From: Octopus vulgaris
Taxonomy: Eukaryota
Direction of reading: 5' to 3'
Length of the DNA: 64,000 nt
Assembly: GCA_951406725.2 (NCBI GenBank)
Contig: OX597817.1
Coordinates: 154,566,001 to 154,630,000 of the forward strand
Shown here piece after piece: positions 25,068 to 37,130 of this stretch. The notes below the pieces were generated by a model that saw only the letters and a program-made list of their open reading frames with translations, had not been told where the DNA came from and searched no databases. The first letter of the stretch is position 1, and each line of letters opens with the position of its first letter. The translations under genes and the position numbers were made by a program.

Positions 25068-25110
25068 ATTGCTTTGAGCAGAGTGGGGACGTTAGAAAAT
25101 GTAAGGACAC

Positions 25111-25276
25111 AGGCGCAGGAGTGGCTGTGTGGTAAGTAGATTGCTAACCAACCACATGGTTCCGGGTTCAGTCCCACTGCGTGGCATCTTGGGCAAGTGT
25201 CTTCTGCTATAGGCCAGGGCCGACCAATGCCTTGTGAGTGGATTTGGTAGACGGAAACTGAAAGAAGCCTGTCGTA

Positions 25277-25342
<66 letters not shown>

Positions 25343-25560
25343 TGTGTGTGTTTGTGTGTCTGTGTTTGTCCCCCTAGCATTGCTTGACAACCGATGCTGG
25401 TGTGTTTACGTCCCCGTCACCTAGCGGTTCGGCAAAAGAGACCGATAGAATAAGTACTAGGCTTACAAAGAATAAGTCCTGGGGTCGATTTGCTCGACTA
25501 AAGGCGGTGCTCCAGCATGGCTGCAGTCAAATGACTGAAACAAGTAAAAGAGTAAAAGAG
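25111..25560 (+). mobile_element. tRNA-derived SINE family B with a central (TA)n tract. Other copies: 12405-12600+, 15757-16110+, 19314-19490-, 21630-21848+, 36103-36514-, 37566-37962-, 47310-47665-, 50960-51220-, 59308-59720+, 60099-60463-
   Basis: A/B-box-like head GGCGCAGGAGTGGCTGTGTGGTAAG...GGTTCAGTCCC and tail (GTAAAAGA)n; many near-identical copies. Confidence 0.85.
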
Positions 25561-26099
25561 ATCATGTCATATAGCCAGCTGGAGACGATATCTCCTGGAG
25601 CTAAATTACAGCAACATTCGTCCTACACCAGGACTGCCATGTTATGTTGGCAAACAATCTTTACTACTAAGTACTGTTGCTGAATATCTCACGTTGTGAG
25701 ATTTGAAAATGGTAATTTTCTAATATTTTTTGTTGTCGAATACTCTGAATTTCTCGAAATTCTGCCAAAGGATATTTGGATTTACCTGTTATGCATGAGG
25801 ATTTACCTGAGATATGTATTTTATTTACATTTACTGGTGCCTTATTGTTGAACTTTTGTAGCCCGATTCTTTTACTACTGAGTGCTTTATTGATATCTAC
25901 CAGGATCTTTTAATCCTTTTTTCTTTTAACAGTGTGTGTGTGTGTGTGTGCGTGTGCGCGTCCGTGTGTGCGTGTGTGTGTACACATATTTATATATTTA
26001 TTTCATCTATTATTCTGATGAAATATCTTTCGAATATTTTCCATTGATATCTGCACTTTCTTTGGTTCTTTGATATCCAAACTAAAACTAAACCATGGA

Positions 26100-26286
26100 G
26101 GATCTTTTCAGTTTGAAGGCCAGATTTTCCTAGTTAACTAAACAATTTGAAATTGTAATTAGAAATTACAATTCCGTTTTCATTTTGGTTTACAATTATA
26201 TTTTCTTTTGACACATTCTACCAGTATACGAAGTTTCAAATTGTTTAGTTAACTAGGAAAATCTGGCCCTCAAACCGAAAAGATCC
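26100..26286. mobile_element. Short MITE related to 50058-50700, in the TRP gene 3'UTR
   Basis: About 53-bp TIRs (GGATCTTTTC...CTAGTTAACTAAACAATTTGAAA). It shares ACACATTCTACCAGTATACGAAGTTT with the 50058 element. Confidence 0.75.
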
Positions 26287-26320
26287 CTAATGGATTCTGT
26301 AAGAATGACTAACTTCCCAT

Positions 26321-29300
26321 TTATTTCATTTTTGATTGTTTGTTTTTGTTTTTGTTAAATGATAAAATAGCGTAATATTTAATCGAATCGTCCTCATTAT
26401 CAAGACATTTCATTCTTTTAATCTTTCTAGTATAGAAGAATGATCTTACGCAAGGAAGAATCTTCTCAACTCGAATGGCTTGTTTGATTGAATCTATTTG
26501 CCAGTTAAGTTCGTTTCTTGATTTAATAACTGAATAAGTATCATTTAACATTGCCGTCAGAAGATTTATAAAAATAATGACGCCTGTTATAAAATATAAG
26601 CAATATAATACTTTGTAAAGGTCAGTCAGTAAACTGACTTCATTCAGGGCATCTTTCAAATTATATTCAAATATTTCTTCCATTCCTAACAATAGATTAA
26701 ACAGTGCAAAGATTGTTAACCAAGGGCTGTCGTCCTTAATTTTACCGGAACCATTTAACCAGATATGAAATAAAAGCGAAAAAGCTAATAAAACGCACGC
26801 GTACATGCCAAAAAACCTGAGAATGTCCCTTTCAATCATTTCTGATAGCACACGCCAAAAGTAATGCAATGGTTTAAAACCTCGTATAAAAGTTATGCCA
26901 AGAAGCCAACCATAGCATAAAACTACACCTAAACAAAAGTAGTAGTCTGGATCATTTGTCCATAGCTGAATAATCCATGCGATAGAAAGTACTGAATAAA
27001 TGGACATTATTGTTGTTAATGCAAATTTTTTTTTTACATATTTTCTCAATTTTTTAAATTTATATCGAAAAGAATTTTTGTCTGCCGATGAGCATATCAT
27101 ATTGTTTTGATGATGATTTTTATCATCTTCTTCAGGCTCCTCATCACGTCCTTGATATCCTAAATAATTGCAGGTAGAACGGAACGAAGATATCAGACAG
27201 AAAATTAAGATTACAACTGGTTCACATAAGCTACAAATAATTATGGGGTTTAAGTTAATGTTCTTTGCTTCATCTATTCTATATTTCACCAGGCAATTGG
27301 CAGTATAAGTCAATAAGATCATATGTGAAAAATGCACTGCCATTGCCACGATACACAGATCATGATTCATTTTTTCGTATACCTCTGCAATATGTTTTAA
27401 TGGTAAGATAGTGAAAAGTTCCCCAAGCGCTGGCTTAGTTTCCATATTAAGAAATATTTCAAAGGCGCTATTAGAAGGCATACTTGTATCAGAGTTTCTT
27501 TTAATGCTTTTGAAATACATATCATGGTTTAACAGGATTTGTGTCACATCAAAATACTTACGTTCGCCTATATCAAACTGCGTTACATATTTTAGTGTCA
27601 TCAGTTTTTCTATAATGTCTTTAGCACATTTTATGAAAGCCAAACTAAACACACATAACTGTTTTTTGTTCTTCACTTCAAAAATTAATTTTCTGAAATC
27701 TTTGGAAGAAAATTTCAAGTTATTTTTAGAAGTAAAATGATCATGAAGTACGTCGAAAAATTCGAGACATTCACTGTTTTTGATGCAAATTTTAACTAAA
27801 TGATGGAGGACAGTATTTTCTTTCTCTTTGTACTTTAATGTTAAATCAATATTGTGTTGAAGTAACCTTTCAAAGCAACATAAAAAACTATTTTCAATGG
27901 CTTTAAAAACTACAGTTTCTCCTTCATTATTCCTTTTGTTGAGGTCTGCTTTGTTCATTTTAAACTCATAAATATCAAGCATCTTCTGAAAGATTTCTGG
28001 TTGCTTTGCACGAATAGCTAGATGATATGGGGTATCACCATTTATATCAGATGTATTACAGTTCAAAATACGGCATTCCCAAATAACGCCTGGTGAGCTA
28101 TATAGTGCAGCCACATGAAGGGCATTTCTTCCTTCCTTATCAGTATCATTTAAATTATCCCAAGAATGTCTGTTCATCACGTAATTAACTAAAAGCCTCA
28201 TGACTTCAGCAGAAGTGTTTTTAGATTTTGCAGCAATATGCAAAATTGTTTCCCCATTGCAATTTTTAATATTAGCTTTTGCTCCTAATTTAAGAAACGC
28301 ATTTATTGTTTCAAAACTTCCAGTCGAAACAGCTAAATGAAGCGCGGTTTCCTCATTATTATTTTGTTCATTAAGGAAATTTGGGTCCTTAAAACGGTCC
28401 ACGATTGCATGATGCTTTCCTTGAGCGGCAATATGCAGTATTGTATTACCATCCTCATCTTTTATTTTCATATCTAATTTACGTTCTTCTAAAATCTCTA
28501 GTCCACTTAAATCTCCATTTTTTGCAATTTCAAACACAGGTGATCGAGTGTTAAATAGCATCTCCAACTCGGTGCTTCCATTAATAATTTTTTCCCTAAT
28601 AATATATATGAGACCTTGAAAACAGGCTTTATCTCTCTTAAGTAGTGCAAAGGACCAAATATCCTTGCCTTCCATATTCTTGAGATAGACTTCACAACCA
28701 AATTCTATCAGCATCCGAACTATATGCATCTGATCATTTTGTATTGCCAAAAACAAAGCTGTATCGCCTTTTGCATTTGTTACATTAAGGTCTGCCTTAT
28801 TCTGGATTAAAAGTTGTAAGACATCTTCGTGACCTTTATTCGCTGCATAATGAATAGGATATTGCTGGTAGCAGTCAGGGGTGTTCACATCAATCAGAGA
28901 TGAGGCAATTATCGATTCAACGATTTGACTGTAGCCGAAAGCTGATGCAAGATTAAGAGATGATATTAAATCTGATTTATGTTCATTTGTAAAATGTCCT
29001 AAAAGAATGTTGACACATTCAATGTATCCATAACGTACTGCCCAACGAAGTGCTGTACACCCATTAACGTTTTTTAAAAATGGGCAAGCACCCATTCTTA
29101 TAAGCTCTTGAATTAGTAACTTTTGATCACCCCGTGTCGCCCACATTAACGCAGTTTCTTCCATCAAAGTTTTACTATCCACGGTAATTCCCTGCGATTT
29201 ATAGAAATTCGTTAATTCACTAAAGCCTAAATAAGCAGCTAAATGGTAACATGTTGCTGTTCGGAATGATTTCCCTGGAATATTCATAAGAATTTCTTGT

Positions 29301-29677
29301 AGAATAATTTCCGGACGTTTTTCCTTTGGGAATTTGTCTAAGAAACATTTTGCCATATCTTTATCGTTTGATTCAGTTATATATTGTAATAAACTTTTCT
29401 CAATAATTCCTTCATTTCTAACTAGGTCATATTTCTTAAGCAAGATATATTCATCTAAATATTCAATTAGACACTTGATTGTTTCGATTTGGTTATCTTC
29501 CATAGCATATTGCAAGGCACGTTGTTTCAGAGAATCCGACTTATTTTCCAGGTATTCTTTAAGAAGTTCTACTGAGTCATCTCTTACTATCCTTCGCAAT
29601 TCATCGGAAGACGTAGCTGGTTGTTCTGACCAGTCAATGCCTTTGAATTGTTCAAAGTTATAAGCTTCTGGGACTCT
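26321..29677 (-). CDS. Large coding exon (1118 aa plus stop) of an ankyrin-repeat TRP cation channel with a TRPV-like core
   Basis: Uninterrupted 3.36-kb ORF with a TTTTTGCAG acceptor ending at 29678 (phase 0). It has about 16-18 ankyrin repeats (TALHLA, TILHIA, TPYHLA etc.) and TRPV hallmarks: NTVLHHLV, YFDVTQI, S4-S5 GWLLGITFIRGF...MIERDILRF, pore LFNLLLGME, and S6/TRP helix FINLLTAMLNDTY...NW. Confidence 0.92.
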   Translation of the reverse strand, partial: RVPEAYNFEQFKGIDWSEQPATSSDELRRIVRDDSVELLKEYLENKSDSLKQRALQYAMEDNQIETIKCLIEYLDEYILLKKYDLVRNEGIIEKSLLQYITESNDKDMAKCFLDKFPKEKRPEIILQEILMNIPGKSFRTATCYHLAAYLGFSELTNFYKSQGITVDSKTLMEETALMWATRGDQKLLIQELIRMGACPFLKNVNGCTALRWAVRYGYIECVNILLGHFTNEHKSDLISSLNLASAFGYSQIVESIIASSLIDVNTPDCYQQYPIHYAANKGHEDVLQLLIQNKADLNVTNAKGDTALFLAIQNDQMHIVRMLIEFGCEVYLKNMEGKDIWSFALLKRDKACFQGLIYIIREKIINGSTELEMLFNTRSPVFEIAKNGDLSGLEILEERKLDMKIKDEDGNTILHIAAQGKHHAIVDRFKDPNFLNEQNNNEETALHLAVSTGSFETINAFLKLGAKANIKNCNGETILHIAAKSKNTSAEVMRLLVNYVMNRHSWDNLNDTDKEGRNALHVAALYSSPGVIWECRILNCNTSDINGDTPYHLAIRAKQPEIFQKMLDIYEFKMNKADLNKRNNEGETVVFKAIENSFLCCFERLLQHNIDLTLKYKEKENTVLHHLVKICIKNSECLEFFDVLHDHFTSKNNLKFSSKDFRKLIFEVKNKKQLCVFSLAFIKCAKDIIEKLMTLKYVTQFDIGERKYFDVTQILLNHDMYFKSIKRNSDTSMPSNSAFEIFLNMETKPALGELFTILPLKHIAEVYEKMNHDLCIVAMAVHFSHMILLTYTANCLVKYRIDEAKNINLNPIIICSLCEPVVILIFCLISSFRSTCNYLGYQGRDEEPEEDDKNHHQNNMICSSADKNSFRYKFKKLRKYVKKKFALTTIMSIYSVLSIAWIIQLWTNDPDYYFCLGVVLCYGWLLGITFIRGFKPLHYFWRVLSEMIERDILRFFGMYACVLLAFSLLFHIWLNGSGKIKDDSPWLTIFALFNLLLGMEEIFEYNLKDALNEVSLLTDLYKVLYCLYFITGVIIFINLLTAMLNDTYSVIKSRNELNWQIDSIKQAIRVEKILPCVRSFFYTRKIKRMKCLDNEDDSIKYYAILSFNKNKNKQSKMK

Positions 29678-31086
29678 CTGCAAAAAGTTTTATTTAAAAA
29701 TAAATAAACAATATAAACAGTTGATGTCTGTATATAATTATTAATTGTACTACAATGTTTAAGATAAGAATAAAATTTTGCATAATAAAACACAGATTAT
29801 TTAACATTTAACATTCCCAACAGGCATTTAAATTGAAAAATAAAATCTATAATGATAAAAATGTAATTCTGTCTGTCCATCTGGGACCCTTGTAGTTCAT
29901 TCTACATTTGCTCTACATAAACATATACCTTTTTGGAATCAGGATGATCCCGGAATTGAAAATCGGTCCTTCATTTGGTTCTTGAACATCTAGCATTGGG
30001 ATCTGATTTAAAAGCATTTGGGTTGCTATTACTAGCATGTAAAGCTTGGATGATTCCCGCCATCTTGGTTAGCATTTGTCAAATGACGTCACAGATCAAG
30101 GGAGAAATAAATGACATTTGCTTCGTTAATTTTACGTCGTAATAAGAACTTTGGGATTAAATGACCAACAGTTGGAATTCAACTTGGGACTGGGAGAATA
30201 GAATGATTACATTACTGAATTAATTCTCATCTATCCATAACCTCTGATTAAACACCACCATGTAGTCATTATAGACGTATTATAGTGAATGTCATTTAGC
30301 TGTCTTTAGTTTTGAGTCGCAGGCGCAATTAGTTCTCCGCAAGAGCTAGCTTAAAAGTCTGTATGGAGTGTGGCTTTTTAGCTAGTTAAAAATAAATTAA
30401 ATGTTTCTTTTAGGACAGCTTAGAAAAACAACACTTTCTGGAACATTATAACAGATTACAGGAAATTGGCAGTAATTCTACATAAACCTAAATTATTTTT
30501 AGGATTCTTGGAAAGGATATAACAAAACTGTTTGTAGTTGTCTTCTAGAGACCAAGGTGAATCTGAGCACTAGTTCTCAAAAAGACACCAATCATACTGA
30601 TTTTTTTTCTATTTGCATGAAACGATTAGCTGTGCATGCTCATTTCATTTGCTTTGGTCAAAGCAGTGAGAGTTAAATATCTTGTTTAGGAACAGTGAGG
30701 GAATCTTGATATCCACACAAACCTCCGATTCTCCCGCCAAAAAGGAATTAATGCCAAACTTGGCATCCGATATTATTTGAATTTAAGAAACTTTAGGCAT
30801 TTATTTCGACGCGCTATCATTTACTCACGCCCGTTCACTCACGACCGTCAATTATAATCCTTTCTATTATAAGCACAAAGCATGAAATTTTGGGGGAAAT
30901 GGGGGCAGAGACTAGTCGATTTCATCAACCCCAGTACTTGAGTGGTCCTTATTTCATCGACCTCGAAAGAATGAATGTGAAGTTACCCTCGGTGGAATTT
31001 GAACTCAGAAGGGAAAGACAGACGAAACGCCATTAAGCATTTTGTCCAGTGTGCTAACAATTCTACCAGTTCGCCGCCTTGATGAC

Positions 31087-31139
<53 letters not shown>

Positions 31140-31521
31140 TGCCGATGACGATGATGATGATGATGATGCCTTTTCAAGTCACTGGAGTTCTCTCTCCCAG
31201 TCTGCTTGAAGTTGACAGTACATCTCACGAATTGGTGGTCCACGTTGCTAACTATCTGAATCTGTGGAGAGCTTATACTAATCCTATCTGCTAACCTAAC
31301 GTAATTTGATATACGTGGAGTTCAAATTCCGCTGAGGTTGACTTTGCGTACTGGGATCGATCTGATCAACTGGCCCCTCCACCAAAATTTCGGTACCTTG
31401 TGCCTATAGTAGAAAAGGATATTGTTGTTAATTACCATATCAGCTTTTGTTGGATGATCAAAGGTGTTCTAGCCGTGACTATCCAATCTATTTTCAGAAC
31501 TGCATTTTCCACTGAGTCTTT

Positions 31522-31783
31522 GGTGGTGGTGGCGGCGGCGGTGGTGGTGGCGGTGGCGGTGGTGGTGGCGGTTTTGGTTGTGGTGGTTGTGGTGGTGGTG
31601 GTGGCGGTGGTGGTTGTGGTGGTGGTTGTGGTGGTTGTGGTGGTGGTGGCGGTGGTGGTGGTGGCGGTGGTGGTGGTGGCGGTGGTGGTGGCGGTAGTGG
31701 TGGTGGTGGTGGTGGTGGTGGCGGTGGTGGCGGTAGTGGTGGCGGCGGTGGTGGTGGTGGTGGTGGCGGTGGCGGTGGTGGTG
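31522..31783 (+). repeat. (GGT/GGC)n trinucleotide microsatellite in the TRP gene intron
   Basis: About 260 bp of GGT with interspersed GGC/TGT. Confidence 0.95.
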
Positions 31784-32316
31784 TAGCCCCAGGCTAATCC
31801 CTTGTAGTTCATGACATTTTGTGTAGTGTACTGTTTTTTGTATTAGAGTTATTGAAAGAGCCTCCATGCAGTTGATCGCCCATTTCCAGCCAAGCCTCCT
31901 TCGAATAACATCCTGCTAAATTAGTTTCAAATTGTGACACAAGACCAGAAATTTCGGAGTAAGGCGTTAAGTTGATTACATCGATCCCAATCTCTTTGCT
32001 AAATCTAATCGATACTGCTCTAAGTTTTCGTTTCAATATGACCCTCCACCGGTTGTTAATAATAACTCCTTGAATACTTATTTTTTCAACCCCGAAAATG
32101 AAAGACAAAGTCGATCCCGGCAACATTTGATCTTAGAACATAAAGTCTGAAGAAATGCCGTTAAGCATATTTTCCGACACGGTAAGAATTCTGCCAAGTC
32201 GCCGCCTTACCATCTTAACAAATTAAAAAACCAAATAATAATTTATTGCTATTCATGTCAGGCCCAGACGTGAATAATGTTCTTAATACAATAATGTGAA
32301 AGACAAAAATAAATAA

Positions 32317-32461
<145 letters not shown>

Positions 32462-32480
32462 AAGGAGTAGAATTACTAAC

Positions 32481-32579
32481 CTGGGGGATATTTCCTATGA
32501 CTATTCGATCTTCAAGTTCATCTATGTTAGAAACAACGGGAAACATTTCATCCGGCTCAAAAGCTTGGTCACCAGACAT
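32481..32579 (-). CDS. First coding exon of the TRP channel (MSGDQAFEPDEMFPVVSNIDELEDRIVIGNIPQ)
   Basis: ATG at 32579 in GCCGCAATG context, with an in-frame TAA upstream. It has exactly 33 codons, then a CAG|GTTAGT donor (phase 0) matching the phase-0 acceptor at 29677. An upstream TTTTCTAG acceptor ending at 32695 implies a spliced 5'UTR (exon 32694-32481). Confidence 0.75.
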
Positions 32580-32926
32580 TGCGGCTTTGTGATTTGTTTA
32601 TAGTCAATCTATTCTTAGTTCAATGAGCAACATCTGAATGATTCTCTTATTAGCAGTAGTCACGAATGGCACTCACCAACATATTGATATTCTCCTAGAA
32701 AACAAAATAAGAAGTAAGAAAAACCCTTCATAACAGATGTTAATTCATTAAGTCAGTGATTTTTCTTCTTTTTCTAAAATTATTCGCAAATACGGTATAT
32801 AATGCTTAATATTGTCTATTTTATAAGTATTAGCTATTAACTTCATTCCTTTCTGCCTTTCTTACCTTTCTCTCTATTATATATATATATTTTAAATATT
32901 TCTGATTATATTTTAGATATTTCAAT

Positions 32927-32998
32927 TAACCTGAAGATTGACTGTAACCATAACTCGAATTATTACGAATTGTACAGCCATGAAACGATTGTAGTGTT
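32927..32998 (+). ncRNA. Degenerate hammerhead ribozyme motif (same family as 23079)
   Basis: CTGAAGA-TTGACTGTA...TACAGCCAT-GAAAC-GATT-GTA. Confidence 0.5.
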
Positions 32999-33225
32999 TT
33001 ACTCTTTATCTTTTATTAAACTTTTAATACTTTTGATATATATTTAAAATAATATAAATTAAATTAATTTTATGTATTGGCTTATGTTTTTCATTGTTTG
33101 ATTTGCCTAATAGTGGTTTTATCTCTAATTTAATATAATATAATATAATATATTTATACTATAAAATTGGATTTAATCCTAAATCTGATTTTTCCCTGTA
33201 AGTTTGGATTTATTCCCTAATATTT

Positions 33226-33271
<46 letters not shown>

Positions 33272-33390
33272 TTTATTTAAAGCAGCAGAAAATTCTACAA
33301 AACCTGTTACTCTGAGTTTTGCGTTGCCGTTCATCGGACAGTTTTTGCTAGAATATATATATATATTATTACTACTACTATTATTTCTGC

Positions 33391-34124
33391 CTGTTCGGGA
33401 TAAACTCTACCGGCACGGAAGTGCAGTCAGACGGGCCTGCCTGAGGTGCGCCCAGGACGACGAAACCGTTCTGCACGCACTCGTCCAGTGCCCGAGTATT
33501 GCTGAACTATGGGCTTATGTCGAACAGCTACTGTTGCGTATAGGAGGGATCCAGCTATCAGCTGAATCCATAGTGAGGATTGCCCCGCCGACCTCCTTTA
33601 ATCGGGAGAGCAAGGCAGTTTTCCTTTGTCTAGTGGCTGTAGCGAAAGAGGTGATATGGTGGACTTGTTTGAAAGGGCTAAGGTCAGACACTTTCCTCTT
33701 TGGCCAAGGCCTCATCAACTTTTTCAAGTTTCACTTGAAAAGGAAGATGAGAGTAGAGAGGGAAGTACTGTCTCGTAGCAAGTTTATTGAAAGGTGGGTG
33801 AATGTCGCAAGAATGGCCAGTATAAACGGACTAATTCTGAGGATACACCTGTGAAAAATTAAAAGGAAATATAAAAGAAGAAAGGGTCTCTCTACCTCCC
33901 TTTTGACCAGGCTCCCGTGGCTTTTATGGGTTTTCCCACCAGTAACCTTTCGAAGCGCCTCCCCCCTATTGGGAGTTTTAATTGTTACTTACATTTCGTT
34001 GTTATCCTGCTTTTGTATACGGACTTTTTTCAAACGGACAAAACCCTTTGTAACTTTCATCCTGTGTTTTGTCCCTTTATGTTTAATTGATTTTTGTTAG
34101 CCCTTGTGGCCAATAAACGAATTA

Positions 34125-34172
<48 letters not shown>
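33391..34172 (+). mobile_element. L1/Tx1-type LINE 3' end (zf-RVT-like domain, 3'UTR, AATAAA, (ATT)n tail)
   Basis: LPVRDKLYRHG...CLRC...ETVLHALVQCP...W, stop at 33854, AATAAA at about 34112, then (ATT)n. Confidence 0.85.
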
Positions 34173-34175
<3 letters not shown>

Positions 34176-34440
34176 TTTTATTATAAACGGTAAAATTAAT
34201 TAATCAATTAATAATTAATAATTTTACCAAGTAGTTCGGTATGTTAAAAGAATCATTATTGGTAACCTTATACAAAAATTCTATAATTATAAGCCTAATT
34301 ATAATTAGGGTTTAGCAAAATTGCTTCACCTCATACCGAAATTTAGAAATAGCAGTTAAATACTATTTCACTACCATAAGATATCTCCCAGACAGCAATA
34401 CTCCCAACTCACGCAGGTAAAGAGAAAAAATAACGAATCC

Positions 34441-35636
34441 ACCATTTTTTATGAGGTAGGACCGCCTTTGGCAGTAATTACAGCTTGAATTCTATGAGGT
34501 ATGGATTCATACAAAGTTTGAATTGTTTCCAAAAGAATTTTTGTCCAGCCTTCAGCTAAAACAGTAACCAGTTCTTGTGCTGATGATGGAGGATATCGAC
34601 TCCTTACTTGTTTTTCTAAATTGCATCATAAATGTTCAATAATATTGAGATCTGGGGACTATGGTGGCCAGATGTTCCTCGAATGTTCCTCGTACCATTC
34701 ACTAACAACTTTAGCTGTGTTTATTGGTGCATTATCATCTTAAAAGATTGCGTTTCCCTCCGGAAACAGTTCCGCAACCATAGGATGAATATCATCAGAT
34801 AAAATGCTTAAATAGTCTTGACTATTAATTCTGCCATGATGAGAAACCATTGGGCCAGCGGATTTCCAAGATATAATCCCACAGATCCTCCTCCATGTTT
34901 GACAGTTGGAAGAAGGCAGTCTGGTTCGAATACTTCTTTTGACTGTCTCCACATGTATACTCAGCCGTGGTTGGAAATAAGGTAAAGGATGGCTTGTCCA
35001 AGAAAATAACATTCTTCTACTGCTCTAGGGACCAATTCTGTAGGTTTTTACTCCACTCTGAAGGCTTTACAACCTTTGATTTTGAAAGTAGTGGTTTTCT
35101 GATTGCAGACCTCCCGTGAATCCGGCTTTGTACAACTCCGGTGAACAGTTTTGAGAAGAACTGGGTTCTCGAGGAGGTCATTAATCTCTGCAGTAATTTT
35201 AGGAGCTGTACTTTTGTGATCCTTTCTAACAATTCACATAAGAGTCCGATGGTCCCTATCTGAAAGTTTTGGTTTCCTTCCGGATTTTTGTTTCGGGGAG
35301 GAGATTTTTCCCTCTTTCTCAAAGGCTATCATTACTTTCGAGACAGTACTTCTTGATACACCAAGCATTTTGGCTGTTTTCGTTACGCTAGCGCCTGCCA
35401 TATGAACACCAACAATTTGACCTCTTTGAAAGTCTGATAGATCTAACATTTTAATTAATTTTAATTACCTTTTTCTGATGATATCTGAAAAGAAACAGCA
35501 ATTGTAGCAAGACATATTAAGCAACACTAATAATAAATCAAAAATATAAAAATAAACAAGCTTCGACGGTTTTACAGATATTTCAAAATTACGATGTTAT
35601 GATGCCAGGTGTTTCCATTATTTTGTCCAAGCCCTG
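34441..35636 (-). mobile_element. Tc1-family DNA transposon relic
   Basis: Left TIR CAGGGCTTGGACAAAATAATGGAAACAC. The frameshifted transposase reads DLSDFQRGQIVG...GVSRSTVSK...SGRKPKLSDRD, RKPLLS, DDNAPI and WPP*SPDLNIIEHL. Confidence 0.88.
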
Positions 35637-35880
35637 AAAATAGAAGGGAATGAATTTCCTATACAGAACAAAAGTTAGCGCTCATTAAATAGAGCTAAAG
35701 GAATATAAAGTAATAAAGGTTTCAATGAAAAGGCAACTTTCGAGATATTGACAACCCCAAAAAACGTTTATTTTCCTCTATATATAGTCTATTCAAATAA
35801 CAAACAATTAAAAAAAAAAACAGAGAAAAAAAAGAAAAACGCAATATAGTAATTTGACGCTCGGTGAAAGGAGAGAGTTG

Positions 35881-35913
35881 TTAACGTTTCGAGCATAGCT
35901 CTTCGTCGGAAAC
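35881..35913 (-). ncRNA. Minimal hammerhead-like motif with a variant core (CCGACGA)
   Basis: Minus strand reads GTTT-CCGACGA-A-GAGC-tat-GCTC-GAAACGTT-AA, with palindromic AACGTT. Confidence 0.5.
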
Positions 35914-36312
35914 AAGAAGGTTCAAAGAGAAAGAAAGAAAAATAAGGAAAAATCGCCAACAGTTCACGTGCGGTTATGTGTTTGTGTGTGTGTGTGTGTG
36001 TGTGTGCATGTGTCTGTGTGTAACGGCATTATTGGTTGAGAAATCGAAAGTAACGATGAATTTTGGATGATGATGATGATGCATTGAAGATATGAATGAA
36101 TACTCTCTTTACTCTTTTACTTGTTTCAGTCATTTGACTGCGGCCATGCTGGAGCACCGCCTTCAGTCAAGCAAATCGACCCCGGGACTTATTCTTTGTA
36201 AGTCCAGTACTTATTCTATCGGTCTCTTTTGCCGAACTGCTAAGTGACGGGGACGTAAACACACCAGCATCAGTTGTCAAGCAATGCTAGGGGGACAAAC
36301 ACAGACACACAA

Positions 36313-36343
<31 letters not shown>

Positions 36344-36728
36344 CATATATACGACAGGCTTCTTTCAGTTTCCGTCTACCAAATCCACTCACAAGGCATT
36401 GGTCGGCCCGGGGCTATAGCAGAAGACACTTGCCCAAGATGCCATGCAGTGGGACTGAACCCGGAACCATGTGATTGGTTAGCAAGCTACTTACTACACA
36501 GCCACTCCTGCGCCTACTGGAGAACAATATTAATAATGAAGATTGTAATATATCTGGTTGTTTTAATGTCACTACACTATAAAGTAAATGACGGTATCTT
36601 GTCGTTTGTTTGTGTATACACATGTTAGTAGTTTGTTGCAATAAAAATACTTTCTAGTTCCATGGATTCTTTGCGTGTGAGAGTTAACTTCAGTGCCTGA
36701 TGCTAGATAGATAGATAGATAGATAGAT

Positions 36729-37025
36729 ATGTTTCTTTATTAGCCACACAGGGCTGCACACAGACAGGACAAAATTACAAGGTAGAGCTTTTCTTTTGGG
36801 GGTAAAAGAAGGGGGTTTGGTTTTCAATCAAAAGGGATCATAAATGGAAAGAAAGAGGACAAAAAAAGGGGGGGATAAAATAAAATTTAAAAAAAAAAAG
36901 GGAGGTGAGGAAAAAAAAGGGGAGGTAAGGAAAAAAAAGGGGAAAGGAAAAAAAATTGATCAATAGGGATCGGTATCACAGAAATGTCAATATGAAGTGA
37001 TAGATAGGTAGATAGGTAGATAGAA

Positions 37026-37074
<49 letters not shown>

Positions 37075-37130
37075 TCTGTATTGTCAAGCAGAGAGCTTAA
37101 GCAGTGCATTGTCCTTCTCTTCTCCATTCA
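36729..37130 (-). mobile_element. Probable L1/Tx1-type LINE 3'UTR inserted in (GATA)n
   Basis: The minus-strand end CAGCCCTGTGTGGCTAATAAAGAAA resembles the end of the 33391-34172 element (AGCCCTTGTGGCCAATAAA); the UTR is pyrimidine-rich. Confidence 0.45.

Noticed and set aside
26321-29683. Labelling the channel TRPA1, or starting it at the TTG at 29683
   Set aside because: The TM, pore and linker motifs are TRPV-like rather than TRPA-like, and the TTG is part of the splice acceptor TTTTTGCAG.
27411-29793. Antisense or alternative-frame ORFs overlapping the TRP exon
   Set aside because: Short shadow ORFs with no recognisable motifs.
31400-31867. Poly-Val, poly-Thr and poly-His ORFs
   Set aside because: These are translations of a (GGT)n microsatellite, with no splice or codon evidence.
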